Shown here: piece after piece, positions 12,029 to 21,766 of the stretch
How the letters are laid out: each line of letters starts with the position of its first letter
How positions within the stretch are numbered: position 1 is the stretch's first letter
Source of the DNA: Escherichia coli
GTDB taxonomy: Bacteria; Pseudomonadota; Gammaproteobacteria; Enterobacterales; Enterobacteriaceae
Reading direction: 5' to 3' (one strand)
Assembly: GCF_003334405.1 (NCBI RefSeq)
Contig: NZ_QOWM01000004.1
Length of the DNA stretch: 64,000 nt
Made by a program: the position numbers and the translations under genes
The notes under the pieces: generated by a model
Databases searched by the model: none
What the model was told of the DNA's origin: nothing
What the model saw: only the letters and a program-made list of their open reading frames with translations

Positions 12029-13294
12029 TCAAACATCCATGCCCAACGCTCGCTTACCGTGAATGTTGAGGTCGGCAAGCGTAAAGCGTCCTTCCCAGTT
12101 TGTTTCATAGTCCTCGCGCGGGAAGTCGCCCGGCGATGCGCCTTTTTCCAGTGCGGCCTTCACCTTGTGCGCGTAGGCAAGATTTTTCTCGCACATCGGT
12201 GCCGCAGGAATGTACATCACGTTGCCCCAACCTTGTTGATTTTCAACGGGGGCAACGGAATGGATGACGTCGCAGTGCCACCAGACGGAGTCTCCGGCTT
12301 CGAGTTTTGGAATGCTGGTTAACGCCTCAATCAACAGTGGATGCCATTGCTCTGATACCGGCAATACTCTTCCGGGCGCTACGCCGCACAGTTCATCCTC
12401 CGGCACATCATCAAGCAGCGGACGTAACAGTACGTACGCCATAGCTTCAGGAATGGGCACGACGTGCAGCAGCCCCTGACCAGGCAGCATATCAGAGAGC
12501 GCTGTCCAGCCCTGGAATGTCCGAAACACGGAACATTTGGTGGTGTTGTCCACCGTGTACTCTTCAACTTCCGTACGATGTGCCGCATGCCAGGGATCAT
12601 ATTGCGCCAGATTGCCATTAAAGACGTTGGCGAAAACGCGCTGATACGCTGGAAGCAGCCAGCGTTCCAGTGCCCCGGAGTCGGTATGCGCTCCAAGACC
12701 TTTGGAGGTCGTTCCGGGCGGACGGCGGCGGATACGGTCAGGGTAGATGACGCTCACATCCGGGTTAAACCATTGCTTTCCATCACTTTCAAATGTCCAC
12801 AGACGATTGAGAAACGACTGCGCATTCGCCATTTCTTCACTCTGGCGGGCCTGCATTTGCGCCTGCGACCAGTAGATGGGGTAAATCTCGGGACGTGAAG
12901 CGCTGAGCGTCCCGAAGAAATTATCGCCGGGGCCTTTGTAGACCTCGTCAAAGCGGTTGCGGTCCAGATAGTCCAGCATCGACTGATCCCAGCCTAGCGC
13001 TTGTTCGCGGGGGAAATGGCCTTTTATCACCGCACAACCGCGACGTTTAATCTGTTCGCGCTGCTCTGCAGTAACATGACCTGCTTTGATATCGGCATAA
13101 GACAGCACCGGCCAGACGGCATCGCCCTGTGCTTTGAGTGCGTTGATTTCAGCCACTCGCGTGGCAATGTCATCGCTTAGCTGATTAAAGATCTGCTGGA
13201 CGTCGCCAAGCTGCGCCCGCAGCGCGTGCTTCATCTGACGGATAGCTGCTTTGTGATCGGCAGGCAATGTGTCGCTGGTAAAAGTAGAAGCCAT
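12029..13294 (-). CDS. ybiU: Uncharacterised protein YbiU (DUF1479 family)
   Basis: ORF track 12029..13300 (-); known N-terminus MASTFTSDTLPADHKAAIRQ begins at the ATG at 13292-13294, preceded by a GAGGTGG SD. Confidence 0.85.
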   Translation of the reverse strand: MASTFTSDTLPADHKAAIRQMKHALRAQLGDVQQIFNQLSDDIATRVAEINALKAQGDAVWPVLSYADIKAGHVTAEQREQIKRRGCAVIKGHFPREQALGWDQSMLDYLDRNRFDEVYKGPGDNFFGTLSASRPEIYPIYWSQAQMQARQSEEMANAQSFLNRLWTFESDGKQWFNPDVSVIYPDRIRRRPPGTTSKGLGAHTDSGALERWLLPAYQRVFANVFNGNLAQYDPWHAAHRTEVEEYTVDNTTKCSVFRTFQGWTALSDMLPGQGLLHVVPIPEAMAYVLLRPLLDDVPEDELCGVAPGRVLPVSEQWHPLLIEALTSIPKLEAGDSVWWHCDVIHSVAPVENQQGWGNVMYIPAAPMCEKNLAYAHKVKAALEKGASPGDFPREDYETNWEGRFTLADLNIHGKRALGMDV

Positions 13295-13310
13295 AACCAC
13301 CTCTCATTAA

Positions 13311-13323
13311 CTTTCATTCGAAA
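13311..13323 (-). promoter_or_regulatory. Motif copy A: TTTCGAATGAAAG (extended TTTCGAATGAAAGTTA) in the ybiU 5' region
   Basis: Plus strand reads CTTTCATTCGAAA; exact 13-mer shared with 14332-14344 and 17780-17792, 16-mer shared with the latter. Confidence 0.35.
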
Positions 13324-13401
13324 CCATTCTGATTTGCATGTGACAATATAAGTTATAAATAAGTTAATGCAAGTTTAATGATTTGATGTGATGTACAGGA
13401 T

Positions 13402-13438
13402 GTAAAAAGAAGGGAAAACCGGAGCGCACGGCTCCGGT
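13402..13438 (-). terminator. Rho-independent terminator downstream of ybiV
   Basis: Minus-strand CCGGAGCCGTGCGCTCCGG hairpin followed by TTTTCCCTTCTTTTT. Confidence 0.6.
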
Positions 13439-13445
13439 AGAGAGG

Positions 13446-14261
13446 TCAGCTGTTAAAAGGGGATGTGTTATCCAGCACCGCCTGAATCACATTCAGCGCG
13501 CCTTCATGATTATTATCATCGGTAGCGTAACGGGCGATTTGTTTAATGTTTTCCGCAGCATTGCCCATCGCAAAGGAATAACGCGCCATTTTCAGCATCT
13601 CCGCATCGTTACCGCTGTCGCCAATCGCTACCACATTTTGCGGTGACAGATCCCAGCGTTTCAGTAACCGCGAAATACCGTTTGCTTTATGTAGACCGGG
13701 AATAATCAGGTCGATAAAGCCAAAACCACTGGTAACGGGTTTCATAATGCCATCGAGCGCTACGTGCAGTTTGTCGATCACTAACGGGATTTGTTCATCC
13801 GGCAGGTTGAGCGAAAACTTGAACAGTACGTCGTCAATCTCCTGATAATCTTTTACAGGTTTCAGGCGATGGTAGTGTTTTGCCATCAGTGCGACAAATG
13901 CTTCGGGGGCATTTTCGCTGACATATGCACTTTGCAGACCGCAGGCGACAAAATTGAGTTGCTTGTCTTTTAGCAACTCGCCAATAACAATCCGCGATTC
14001 ATGTCGGGTCAGTTCGCCGTGGAACAACTGCTTGCCATGTTCGTAAACCAGTGCGCCGTTTTCCGCGACAAAAGAGATCTCATCCTTTAGCTCAGGAAAG
14101 AATGAAATAAGCTGGTAATACTGATTACCGCTGGCAACAACGAACTTAATGCCGCGCTTTTTCAGTTCCTGATATTGCGCCATAAAACGTGGTTGGTTGT
14201 ACGTTTTGGCGTCGTTAAGAAAAGTACCGTCCATGTCTGTGACGATAACTTTTACGCTCAT
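13446..14261 (-). CDS. ybiV: HAD-family (Cof-type) sugar phosphatase YbiV
   Basis: ORF track 13446..14261 (-), 271 aa, [17 protein letters not shown]... with DxDGT HAD motif I; paralogue of ybjI in this window. Confidence 0.92.
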
Positions 14262-14331
14262 AGGTGTGCTCCTGGCTCGAAAATGAAACCGTAACAGTGT
14301 AATAACAATGTGACGCAGAGCACAAATTATA

Positions 14332-14344
14332 TTTCGAATGAAAG
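14332..14344 (+). promoter_or_regulatory. Motif copy B: TTTCGAATGAAAG between ybiW stop and ybiV start
   Basis: Exact 13-mer read directly; followed by ATTGATGATGTG, resembling the sequence after copy C. Confidence 0.35.
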
Positions 14345-14406
14345 TAAGGATGAAATTGATGATGTGAATGATTTAGCCCGGCGACGACGCCGCCGGGCCG
14401 AGGAGA

Positions 14407-16839
14407 TTACAGCATATGTTCAGTACGGGCGATGATATCGTCCTGAGCGTCTGGAGAGAGCGCGGTGAAGAACGCGGAATAGCCCGCGACACGCACTACC
14501 AGATCGCGATACTGATCGGGATGTTTTTTCGCATCCAGCAGCGTTTCGCGGGAAACGATGTTGTACTGAATATGCCAGCCTTTATGCACTTCAAAGAAGG
14601 TACGCAGCAGGATCATCAGTTTCTGCTTGTCAGATTCGTTCTCCAGCGTTGCCGGATTCAGTTTCTGGTTGAGCAACACGCCGCCGAGAATCGCTGCCGT
14701 AGGCAGTTTACCCACTGAGCCAATGACCGCAGTAGGGCCAAGATGGTCAGTACCGGAGGCCGGGCTTGCGCCTTCTGCCAGCGGGGTGTGGGCTTTACGC
14801 CCGTCCGGTGTTGCCATAGTCTGCGCGCCAAACGGTACGTTAGCGGAGATTGATGACGTACCCGCGTAATAGTTGCCGCCAACCGGACCACGACCGTAGC
14901 GCGGATTATGGTACTGTTTCAGTTCGTCGATATAGGTCTGATAAGCGCGAGCCAGCAGCGTATCGACAGTATCATCGTCGTTGCCGTACTTCGGCGCACC
15001 GTTAATCAGCCGCTGACGCAGCTGCTCGTGAGTCAGGCCGTCGAAGTCATCTGCCAGTGCGGCAGCAAGCTGTTGCTGACCAATCGCACCTTGTTCAAAC
15101 ACCAGTTTCTTCACTGCCGCCAGGCTGTTGCCGAGGTTGGCAATGCCGACCTGCAGGCCAGAAACCCAGTCATATTTCGCGCCGCCTTGCTTGATACTTT
15201 TCGCTCGCTCAATACAGTCATCCACCAGCGCCGAGCAGAGAATATCGTGCACGTTCTCTTCCAGCATGGTGTCGACGACATATTCGATTTCGATTGATTT
15301 GCGGGTGTAGTAACGGATTTGCGTATCCCACGCGTCCATCACTTCATCGAAGTTGTTGAAGTTACCTGCCGACAACGCTTTTTCTTGTGGCAGGAACACT
15401 TTGCCGCTGGTGGCATCATGCCCGCCTTCCAGCGCCGCCAGCATCACGCGGGCGAAGTTGATAAAGCTCATGCCGGTACAGCGATAGCCCCATTTGCCAC
15501 CGACGGCGGTTTCTATACAACCAATCGCTGCGTAGTCATAAGCGTCCTGCGGTTCAATACCGAGTTTAATAAATTCCGGGATCACGATTTCGTCGTTGTT
15601 GAACGCCGGCATCCCGAAGCCGCAACGGATCACCTGTACGCAGGCGTCGAGGAAATCGTTGCTCATTCCTGCATGGTAACGCACGCTGAGGTTAGGCTGA
15701 GTGGAACGCAGGCGACCGCAGGATTCGAGGATCGCGTAAGAGAGTGGATTCACCGCGTCCATTGGTTGACCATCAACCAGATTTTGCCCGCCAATAGTGA
15801 CGTTCTGATACAGCGGACTTCCCGCAGAGGCTTTTGAGTGTGAGCCGGAGCGGATCTTGTTCACTTCCAGCAGTTTCAGCCAGCAGCTATGCAGCATCTC
15901 GATGGCGTGTTCGCGATCCAGCGTCTGGTTGAGTTCAACGTCGCGGCGATAGTACGGGTAGAGATACTGGTCCATACGACCAAACGATACTGAGTGACCG
16001 TTAGATTCGATCTGCAAAATCAACTGGATGAAGTAACACAGTTGCAGCGCCTGCCAGAAAGTCTGCGGCGGCTGGTGGGCGATAAGATCGCAGTTTTCTG
16101 CCATCGCCAGCAGTTCATCGCGACGGCTTTCGCGGGTTTCGGTCGCGGCCATTTCACGCGCCAGGGCAGCGAAACGTTCAATGTGTTCACTGACTGCCAC
16201 CAGCACGATATCAATCGCTTTCAGGAATTGCTCACCGTGTAAATCTTCCAGCACCGTCAGGTTGATGCGCGAGCGACGTTCCGCTACTTTCTCGCGCAGA
16301 CCATCAAGCCCTTTTTCCAGCAGCAGCGGGAAATTCACCGCCAGGTGCGCATCGCCGGAGGTCATATTGCCTTCCGCTTTAATGATTCCGGTCGCCAGCA
16401 GACCTTTTTGCTCATCGGTAAACATGCCGTAGCAGCGATCCTGTACGGTCTGACCGCGCCACCACGGGCACACTTCATGCAGAACGCGTTTGTTCTCTTC
16501 GCTCACCGCAAAGCCAGCACCGGGACGATCTGCCAGATCATCAATCTCTTTTTCGATCCACGAGACAGTATATTCCGGGAAGATCGGCGCGGCGCGAACT
16601 TCGCTTGCCTGGTTGCCAATGATCAACTCATCGTGTTTGATCCAGATGGTGCGATTCGCCAGGTGATGCGCCAGTGCCAGCGCGCGACGTACCGGGATCG
16701 GCTTATCGAGATGTTGTTGATACATCTCGGTATAGTGCTGCGCGCGCTCGGTACAGACTGGCGGTTTCACAATATGCACCAGCGCATTTTTGTGCGCTTT
16801 AATGCGGTCGCTGAGCGTGTCCAGTTTCAGTGTGGTCAT
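14407..16839 (-). CDS. ybiW: Glycyl-radical enzyme YbiW (pyruvate formate-lyase family, substrate unassigned here)
   Basis: ORF track 14407..16839 (-), 810 aa; C-terminal glycyl-radical fingerprint RVAGYSAFF; PFL-like length. Confidence 0.92.
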   Translation of the reverse strand: MTTLKLDTLSDRIKAHKNALVHIVKPPVCTERAQHYTEMYQQHLDKPIPVRRALALAHHLANRTIWIKHDELIIGNQASEVRAAPIFPEYTVSWIEKEIDDLADRPGAGFAVSEENKRVLHEVCPWWRGQTVQDRCYGMFTDEQKGLLATGIIKAEGNMTSGDAHLAVNFPLLLEKGLDGLREKVAERRSRINLTVLEDLHGEQFLKAIDIVLVAVSEHIERFAALAREMAATETRESRRDELLAMAENCDLIAHQPPQTFWQALQLCYFIQLILQIESNGHSVSFGRMDQYLYPYYRRDVELNQTLDREHAIEMLHSCWLKLLEVNKIRSGSHSKASAGSPLYQNVTIGGQNLVDGQPMDAVNPLSYAILESCGRLRSTQPNLSVRYHAGMSNDFLDACVQVIRCGFGMPAFNNDEIVIPEFIKLGIEPQDAYDYAAIGCIETAVGGKWGYRCTGMSFINFARVMLAALEGGHDATSGKVFLPQEKALSAGNFNNFDEVMDAWDTQIRYYTRKSIEIEYVVDTMLEENVHDILCSALVDDCIERAKSIKQGGAKYDWVSGLQVGIANLGNSLAAVKKLVFEQGAIGQQQLAAALADDFDGLTHEQLRQRLINGAPKYGNDDDTVDTLLARAYQTYIDELKQYHNPRYGRGPVGGNYYAGTSSISANVPFGAQTMATPDGRKAHTPLAEGASPASGTDHLGPTAVIGSVGKLPTAAILGGVLLNQKLNPATLENESDKQKLMILLRTFFEVHKGWHIQYNIVSRETLLDAKKHPDQYRDLVVRVAGYSAFFTALSPDAQDDIIARTEHML

Positions 16840-16844
16840 GGTTG

Positions 16845-17744
16845 TTATCCTCGTAAGGTCGCGGTTAACCCTTTCTGGCAGGCATACTGCTGGGCAAAGT
16901 CGAGCAGTTCTGGCGCATCAAGCGGTTTTTCCGGGGCGTCATAGGGCAGATTAAGTAAGTGATATTTGTTGATGCCCAGCGTGTGGTAGGGCAGAAAATG
17001 AATTTCGCCAACGTGCAGCTCGTCGGCGGCAAAATCGGTAATGGCTTTTACAGAGGTTTCGTCGGCATTAAAGCCCTGAATCAGCGGCACGCGGATAATG
17101 ATTTTTTTGCCCGCTGCGGCGAGTTTTTTCAGGTTATCCAGCACTCTGGCGGCGTTACCGTCGGTCCACTGTTTAAACGGCGCGTCGGCAACGTGTTTTA
17201 AATCGGCAAGAAACAGATCGATATAGGGCAGAGAAGGGGCGATATATTTCCACGGCACATGCAGACAGGTTTCTACCGCAGTATGAATGCCTGCCTCGTG
17301 GCTGGCTTGCAGTAGCGCCATCGCCATTTCCGGCTGCATAAAGGGCTCACCACCCGAAAGCGTTAAACCGCCGCCGCTGCGATCGTAAAACGGTTTATCG
17401 CGCAGAACGGTCGTCATGATCTCCTCAACGCTTTTCACTTCACCACACACGGTTAATGCCTGTGTCGGACAGCAGTCGGTTAACGCCGTCAGATGCTCCG
17501 GGGTTAACTTTTCCCGATGAATAAGCAAACCATTCAGCGCGCGCTCAATCACTTCCGGCGCGGCCTTAGCGCACAGCTCGCAGCCTTCCAGACACAGTCG
17601 TGCGTCATACAGCAGATCCTGCGTGCGGGCGCGGCTTTCCGGGTTCTGACACCAGCGGCAGCCCAGCGAACAGCCTTTAAGAAATACGACCGTGCGGATA
17701 CCGGGGCCATCATGGGTCGAGTAGCGCTGAATATTGAAAATCAT
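16845..17744 (-). CDS. ybiY: Glycyl-radical enzyme activating enzyme YbiY (radical SAM)
   Basis: ORF track 16845..17771 (-); CxxxCxxC radical-SAM motif (CSLGCRWC) plus extra Cys clusters; start placed at the ATG at 17742-17744 (MIFNIQRY...), which has an AGAGG SD; the upstream in-frame ATG at 17771 is a possible alternative. Confidence 0.85.
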
Positions 17745-17779
17745 AGTTGCCTCTCTATTTCGTTCAAGCATTAAAATAC

Positions 17780-17792
17780 TTTCGAATGAAAG
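17780..17792 (+). promoter_or_regulatory. Motif copy C: TTTCGAATGAAAG (16-mer TTTCGAATGAAAGTTA) in the ybiY/fsaA divergent region
   Basis: Exact 13-mer; with its 5' C it forms the inverted repeat CTTTC-N4-GAAAG. Confidence 0.35.
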
Positions 17793-17797
17793 TTAGA

Positions 17798-17811
17798 TTG
17801 ATGTGCGTCAA
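17798..17811. promoter_or_regulatory. FNR-like site TTGAT-N4-GTCAA (9/10 match to TTGAT-N4-ATCAA) in the ybiY/fsaA divergent region
   Basis: TTGATGTGCGTCAA read directly; centre lies about 41 bp upstream of a plausible ybiY transcription start if ybiY begins at 17744. Confidence 0.3.
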
Positions 17812-17874
17812 CTGTTCAGAGAGTTTTCCCGTGATAGTCTACATTCAGACAAAAAGTACATTTTGAGGATGGTT

Positions 17875-18537
17875 ATGGAACTGTATCTGGATACTTCAGA
17901 CGTTGTTGCGGTGAAGGCGCTGTCACGTATTTTTCCGCTGGCGGGTGTGACCACTAACCCAAGCATTATCGCCGCGGGTAAAAAACCGCTGGATGTTGTG
18001 CTTCCGCAACTTCATGAAGCGATGGGCGGTCAGGGGCGTCTGTTTGCCCAGGTAATGGCTACCACTGCCGAAGGGATGGTTAATGACGCGCTTAAGCTGC
18101 GTTCTATTATTGCGGATATCGTGGTGAAAGTTCCGGTGACCGCCGAGGGGCTGGCAGCTATTAAGATGTTAAAAGCGGAAGGGATTCCGACGCTGGGAAC
18201 CGCGGTATATGGCGCAGCACAAGGGCTGCTGTCGGCGCTGGCAGGTGCGGAATATGTTGCGCCTTACGTTAATCGTATTGATGCTCAGGGCGGTAGCGGC
18301 ATTCAGACTGTGACCGACTTACACCAGTTATTGAAAATGCATGCGCCGCAGGCGAAAGTGCTGGCAGCGAGTTTCAAAACCCCGCGTCAGGCGCTGGACT
18401 GCTTACTGGCAGGATGTGAATCAATTACTCTGCCACTGGATGTGGCACAACAGATGATTAGCTATCCGGCGGTTGATGCCGCTGTGGCGAAGTTTGAGCA
18501 GGACTGGCAGGGAGCGTTTGGCAGAACGTCGATTTAA
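17875..18537 (+). CDS. fsaA: Fructose-6-phosphate aldolase 1
   Basis: Known N-terminus [16 protein letters not shown] at the ATG at 17875, 220 aa, transaldolase-like; track ORF 17803..18537 starts upstream. Confidence 0.92.
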   Translation: MELYLDTSDVVAVKALSRIFPLAGVTTNPSIIAAGKKPLDVVLPQLHEAMGGQGRLFAQVMATTAEGMVNDALKLRSIIADIVVKVPVTAEGLAAIKMLKAEGIPTLGTAVYGAAQGLLSALAGAEYVAPYVNRIDAQGGSGIQTVTDLHQLLKMHAPQAKVLAASFKTPRQALDCLLAGCESITLPLDVAQQMISYPAVDAAVAKFEQDWQGAFGRTSI

Positions 18538-18612
18538 CCGGACGTTCTGCATCCTCATAAATTGCTGATGACGTGGCGGAGTGCCGCGTCTTATCAGGCC
18601 TGGAGGTGGCAA

Positions 18613-19362
18613 TTACTGCCCACATACCTCACACCCCGGATTACGCATCAGTTTCATTTCGCGAAACTGACAGGTCATCGCATCGTACATGACGATTTTC
18701 CCGCTGGCCGGTTTGCCATAACCTGCCAGCATTTTGATCGCTTCCATTGCCTGCAACGAACCAATTACGCCGATCAACGGTGCCATTACGCCTGCTTCCA
18801 CGCAGGTTAATGCATTTTCACCAAACAAACGGCTAAGGCAGCGATAGCACGGTTCACCGTCCTGATAAGTAAAGACGGTGATTTGACCTTCCATACGAAT
18901 TGCCGCGCCGGAAACCAGCGGTACCTTCGCGGCAAAACAGCCTGCGTTCAGTTGATTACGTACCGCAACGTTATCCGTACAGTCGAGCACCAGATCGTGT
19001 TCAGCAATCAATGCTGCAAGTTCTGCGTCATCCAGCAGTGCATTGACTGGCGTAATCGCGATATGTGGGTTGATCCGCGTCAGGGCGTCACGGGCGGATT
19101 CCACCTTCGGTTGCCCGACCGTGGCATCACTGTGCAGTGTCTGGCGTTGCAGATTCGAGAGCGAAACCGTGTCGAAGTCGAGCAGCGTCAGGTTACCGAC
19201 ACCGGCGCTTGCCAGATACTGCGAGGCTGCACAGCCGAGGCCGCCCAGGCCCACTATCAGCACGCGAGAATCTTTCAGCGCCTCCTGGCCGTCAAAATCA
19301 AAGCCGCGCAGAATGATTTGCCGGTTGTAGCGCAGCATCTCCTGATCGCTGAGTTCCGCCAT
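18613..19362 (-). CDS. moeB: Molybdopterin-synthase adenylyltransferase MoeB
   Basis: ORF track 18613..19362 (-), 249 aa; ThiF/MoeB fold with GLGGLG nucleotide motif and C-terminal CxxC pair. Confidence 0.95.
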   Translation of the reverse strand: MAELSDQEMLRYNRQIILRGFDFDGQEALKDSRVLIVGLGGLGCAASQYLASAGVGNLTLLDFDTVSLSNLQRQTLHSDATVGQPKVESARDALTRINPHIAITPVNALLDDAELAALIAEHDLVLDCTDNVAVRNQLNAGCFAAKVPLVSGAAIRMEGQITVFTYQDGEPCYRCLSRLFGENALTCVEAGVMAPLIGVIGSLQAMEAIKMLAGYGKPASGKIVMYDAMTCQFREMKLMRNPGCEVCGQ

Positions 19363-20597
19363 TACAGGCCTCCGAACAACGCGTTAAACGGTTCTACTTC
19401 CACCCATTCGCCCACTTCCACATTGCCGCGATCGCGTTCCAGCACGATAAAGCAGTTGCCGAGGCTAAAGGAGCTAAATATATGTGAACCCTGATGTCCG
19501 GTGGTCGTCACTTCCAGTTCGCCATCGGCGTTGCGTTGCAGCACGCCGCGCTGGAAATCAAGACGTCCTGGCGTTTTTTTCAGGCGGGACGCTGTGCGTA
19601 CGCGCTGGCGCGCGGGCAGGCCGCTGGCGGTGTTACCGCTTAGTTTTGCCAGCAAAGGCTGTACCAGTTGATAGAAGGTCAGCGTCGCTGAAACCGGGTT
19701 GCCCGGCAGGCCGCAGAACCAGCTATTGCTGAGTTTACCGAACGCGAACGGTTTACCTGGTTTAATCGCCAGCTTCCAGAAGGCGATCTCCCCCAGCTCT
19801 TCAAGAATCGTTTTGGTGTAATCCGCCTCACCCACTGAAACACCGCCGGAACTGATCACCACATCCGCCTGGCTGTCGGCTTCAATAAATGCGGCGCGCA
19901 GGGCATGGGGATCGTCGCGGATAATCCCTAAGTTAATTACCTCGCATCCCAACTGTTCTAACATCAGGTGTACGGCGAGACGGTTGGTATCGTAGATTTG
20001 GCCGTCGCCCAGCGGCTGACCGGGCAACTGGAGTTCATCACCGGTAGAAAAAAGCGCTACACGCACTTTACGAATCACCGGAACTTCGGCAATCCCCAGT
20101 GAAGCAATTACTGGCAGCTCTGCGGTAGTCAGGCGAGTTCCCGCCGGGAAAACAACCGCACCTGCAGAGATATCTTCACCGCGACGGCGAATATTTTGCC
20201 CGCTACGCACTTCAGCAGTAAAACGCACGCCATTGTCCATTTGTTCAGTCTGCTCCTGCATCACCACCGCTTCGCAGCCTTCCGGCACCGGCGCACCGGT
20301 CATAATACGAATGCAGGTACCCGCAGGCCATTCACCATGGTATGGCTGACCGGCAAAGGATTTACCGGCAACGGGCAGCGGTTGCCCGGAGGCAATATCG
20401 GCTAAACGCACCGCGTAGCCGTCCATTGCGGAGTTATCAAACCCCGGAACATCAAGCGGCGAAACGACATCGCTCGCCAGAATACGACCAAAACACTGTA
20501 CCAGTGGCAGCGTTTCCTGGGCGGTCAGTGGGGTGACGCGAGAAAGCATCTCATTAAGCGCGGTGTCGAGCGACATCAATCCGGTGGTAAATTCCAT
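19362..20597 (-). CDS. moeA: Molybdopterin molybdotransferase MoeA
   Basis: ORF track 19362..20597 (-), 411 aa; stop shares one nucleotide with the moeB start (TAATG). Confidence 0.95.
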   Translation of the reverse strand: MEFTTGLMSLDTALNEMLSRVTPLTAQETLPLVQCFGRILASDVVSPLDVPGFDNSAMDGYAVRLADIASGQPLPVAGKSFAGQPYHGEWPAGTCIRIMTGAPVPEGCEAVVMQEQTEQMDNGVRFTAEVRSGQNIRRRGEDISAGAVVFPAGTRLTTAELPVIASLGIAEVPVIRKVRVALFSTGDELQLPGQPLGDGQIYDTNRLAVHLMLEQLGCEVINLGIIRDDPHALRAAFIEADSQADVVISSGGVSVGEADYTKTILEELGEIAFWKLAIKPGKPFAFGKLSNSWFCGLPGNPVSATLTFYQLVQPLLAKLSGNTASGLPARQRVRTASRLKKTPGRLDFQRGVLQRNADGELEVTTTGHQGSHIFSSFSLGNCFIVLERDRGNVEVGEWVEVEPFNALFGGL

Positions 20598-20800
20598 GAA
20601 AACACTCCTGCGGAGGCAAAATCGAATTTGCCTATTATGTCAGAAAAACGCCACAGACTGTATGCCACCTCGGGCGTAGCGCTGGGTCCTGCCTTTACAT
20701 GCCATATCCATCTTTCTATATTCAAAAATTGAATGAGTAATTCATAAAAATTCTGATATTTATAGCAAAAGTGGCGAACCACCCTTAATGGACGAATACT

Positions 20801-21766
20801 ATGGGCAAAGCAGTCATTGCAATTCATGGTGGCGCAGGTGCAATTAGCCGCGCGCAGATGAGTCTGCAACAGGAATTACGCTACATCGAGGCGTTGTCTG
20901 CCATTGTTGAAACCGGGCAGAAAATGCTGGAAGCGGGCGAAAGTGCGCTGGATGTGGTGACGGAAGCGGTGCGTCTGCTGGAAGAGTGTCCACTGTTTAA
21001 CGCCGGAATTGGCGCTGTCTTTACGCGTGATGAAACCCATGAACTGGACGCCTGTGTGATGGATGGTAACACCCTGAAAGCCGGTGCGGTGGCGGGCGTT
21101 AGTCATCTGCGTAATCCGGTTCTTGCCGCCCGGCTGGTGATGGAGCAAAGCCCGCATGTGATGATGATTGGCGAAGGGGCAGAAAATTTTGCGTTTGCTC
21201 GTGGCATGGAGCGCGTCTCGCCGGAGATTTTCTCCACGCCTTTGCGTTATGAACAACTACTGGCAGCGCGCAAGGAAGGGGCAACCGTCCTCGACCATAG
21301 CGGTGCGCCACTGGATGAAAAACAGAAAATGGGCACCGTGGGGGCCGTGGCGTTGGATTTAGACGGCAATTTGGCGGCAGCCACGTCCACAGGCGGAATG
21401 ACCAATAAATTACCCGGACGAGTTGGCGATAGTCCCTTAGTGGGTGCCGGATGCTACGCCAATAACGCCAGTGTGGCGGTTTCTTGTACCGGCACGGGCG
21501 AAGTCTTCATCCGCGCGCTGGCGGCATATGACATCGCCGCGTTAATGGATTACGGCGGATTAAGTCTCGCGGAAGCCTGCGAGCGGGTAGTAATGGAAAA
21601 ACTCCCTGCGCTTGGCGGTAGCGGTGGCTTAATCGCTATCGACCATGAAGGGAATGTCGCGCTACCGTTTAACACCGAAGGAATGTATCGCGCCTGGGGC
21701 TACGCAGGCGATACGCCAACCACCGGTATCTACCGTGAAAAAGGGGACACCGTTGCCACACAGTGA
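20801..21766 (+). CDS. iaaA: Isoaspartyl dipeptidase / L-asparaginase-type Ntn hydrolase IaaA
   Basis: ORF track 20801..21766, 321 aa, [19 protein letters not shown]...; contains the autoprocessing GTVGAVA region. Confidence 0.93.
   Translation: MGKAVIAIHGGAGAISRAQMSLQQELRYIEALSAIVETGQKMLEAGESALDVVTEAVRLLEECPLFNAGIGAVFTRDETHELDACVMDGNTLKAGAVAGVSHLRNPVLAARLVMEQSPHVMMIGEGAENFAFARGMERVSPEIFSTPLRYEQLLAARKEGATVLDHSGAPLDEKQKMGTVGAVALDLDGNLAAATSTGGMTNKLPGRVGDSPLVGAGCYANNASVAVSCTGTGEVFIRALAAYDIAALMDYGGLSLAEACERVVMEKLPALGGSGGLIAIDHEGNVALPFNTEGMYRAWGYAGDTPTTGIYREKGDTVATQ

Noticed and set aside
16345-16944. 199-aa plus-strand ORF antisense to ybiW/ybiY
   Set aside because: Fully overlapped by two clearly genuine genes on the other strand; no motif support.
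18538-18612. REP-like fragment (GCGTCTTATCAGGCCTGG) between fsaA and moeB
   Set aside because: Only a partial match to the REP consensus; could not confirm a full unit.
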